Below are positions 62,954 through 64,000 of a stretch of 64,000 nt of DNA, piece after piece. The notes below the pieces were generated by a model. It worked only from the letters and a program-made list of their open reading frames with translations, made no database searches and was not told the origin of the DNA. The translations under genes were made by a program, and so were the position numbers. Position 1 is the stretch's first letter, and every line of letters starts with the position of its first letter. The DNA is taken from contig OX597818.1 of assembly GCA_951406725.2 (NCBI GenBank), positions 30,566,001-30,630,000 of the forward strand, given 5' to 3'. The DNA comes from Octopus vulgaris (taxonomy: Eukaryota).

Positions 62954-64000
62954 TTTTAAAGAAGAACTAATTCAGCCCATCACATAAAATGAAGATGAAG
63001 TTAAACATGTACACATGCACAGTTTCATCTGAATAATACATTACATATGTGTGCTTTGTATTGGATCAAGTTTAGCTAGAGATGTTAAAGTGAAATGGTA
63101 CATTATGTAGAGCTCCTTTTCTGAGATTATAGAACAGTCTAAACCACAAGGCCACTGTTGGATTGCTCATTACTGGATTCTCCTTACTCTTTGGATGATT
63201 TAAGAAATAACACAAATACTGTGCATGATTGCAAAAAGTAGTCGAAACATTTGATATTGACACAAAATAATGAATATATGTCATATTAAAACTATCAAAA
63301 GCATTTATTTAGGTATTCTTGTAATTCACTTAAACATTATTTTTATTTATTCTATGTTTTTAGAATCATCTGTGGACAGTATTTAGTCATTTAAACACAT
63401 ATTTGCGAAAAATACACACACTGCCTGTGATATTGACATTGCTCTTAAAAAAGATTGAACCTAGTATGTGAAATATTTACTGTATGATGATTGAGATTGT
63501 ATTCTGATTTGTAAAAGCATGTAGTAAAATACATAATTATTTACAGAAGTAAAATATGTAATTAGAAAACAAACTATAAATTATGTGAACTTCAGAAGCA
63601 AATTGATATGGAATAATATCTGATTATTATTAGAAAGATTTAAGCACATACAAAGTGTGAGTTCACTTTGTAACCATGTGGTTGTGAGTTCTGTCTCCCT
63701 GTGTCGCCTCTTGGACAAATGTCTTCTACTGTAATTTCAGCCAATCAGTGCTTTGTGATTGAAATTAGTACATGGAAACTGTGCAAGCTTGTCATATGTA
63801 TGTGTGTATATATTTACATTGTATATTGTCATCACATCTTTTATTGTCTATGTTCTATGTTACTATGGATAAGATGATTTGAGGATTGAATTGTATTCCA
63901 GTGTCTGCTTTGGCATGGTTTCTGCAGTTATATTTTCATTTTCACTTGCTCTGTTTGTGAGTTTGTCACTATTTGTAGTATATTCATTTATTCTTTTACA

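Noticed and set aside
63364-63470. Candidate API5 exon 2 after a pyrimidine-rich acceptor
   Set aside because: Phase-0 reading gives no API5-like peptide and hits a stop

Overview
AT-rich, repeat-dense eukaryotic (animal) genomic DNA. The SINE/LINE repertoire looks like an octopus or other coleoid cephalopod (inference). Two host genes lie on the + strand. (1) A complete 9-coding-exon LIV-1 family ZIP metal transporter of the ZIP8/ZIP14 type (7412-38791, 556 aa when spliced). All GT-AG junctions are phase-consistent; it has an EExPHE TM5 motif and a 42-nt microexon. (2) The first coding exon of API5 (54937-55002), whose remaining exons were not found in the window. Most of the rest is mobile DNA: a 5'-truncated CR1 LINE nested in an RTE LINE nested in a probable Helitron, a degenerate Helitron with both termini, a Penelope-like element with inverted terminal repeats carrying hammerhead-ribozyme cores and a tRNA-like module, several tRNA-derived SINE families, MITEs, and about 15 copies of an RTE 3' tail. 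The least expected signal is that this RTE tail is built from a variable tandem array (63-66 nt period) of units that can fold as H-type pseudoknots, with one co-varying variant unit. Most short ORFs in the ORF track are spurious.
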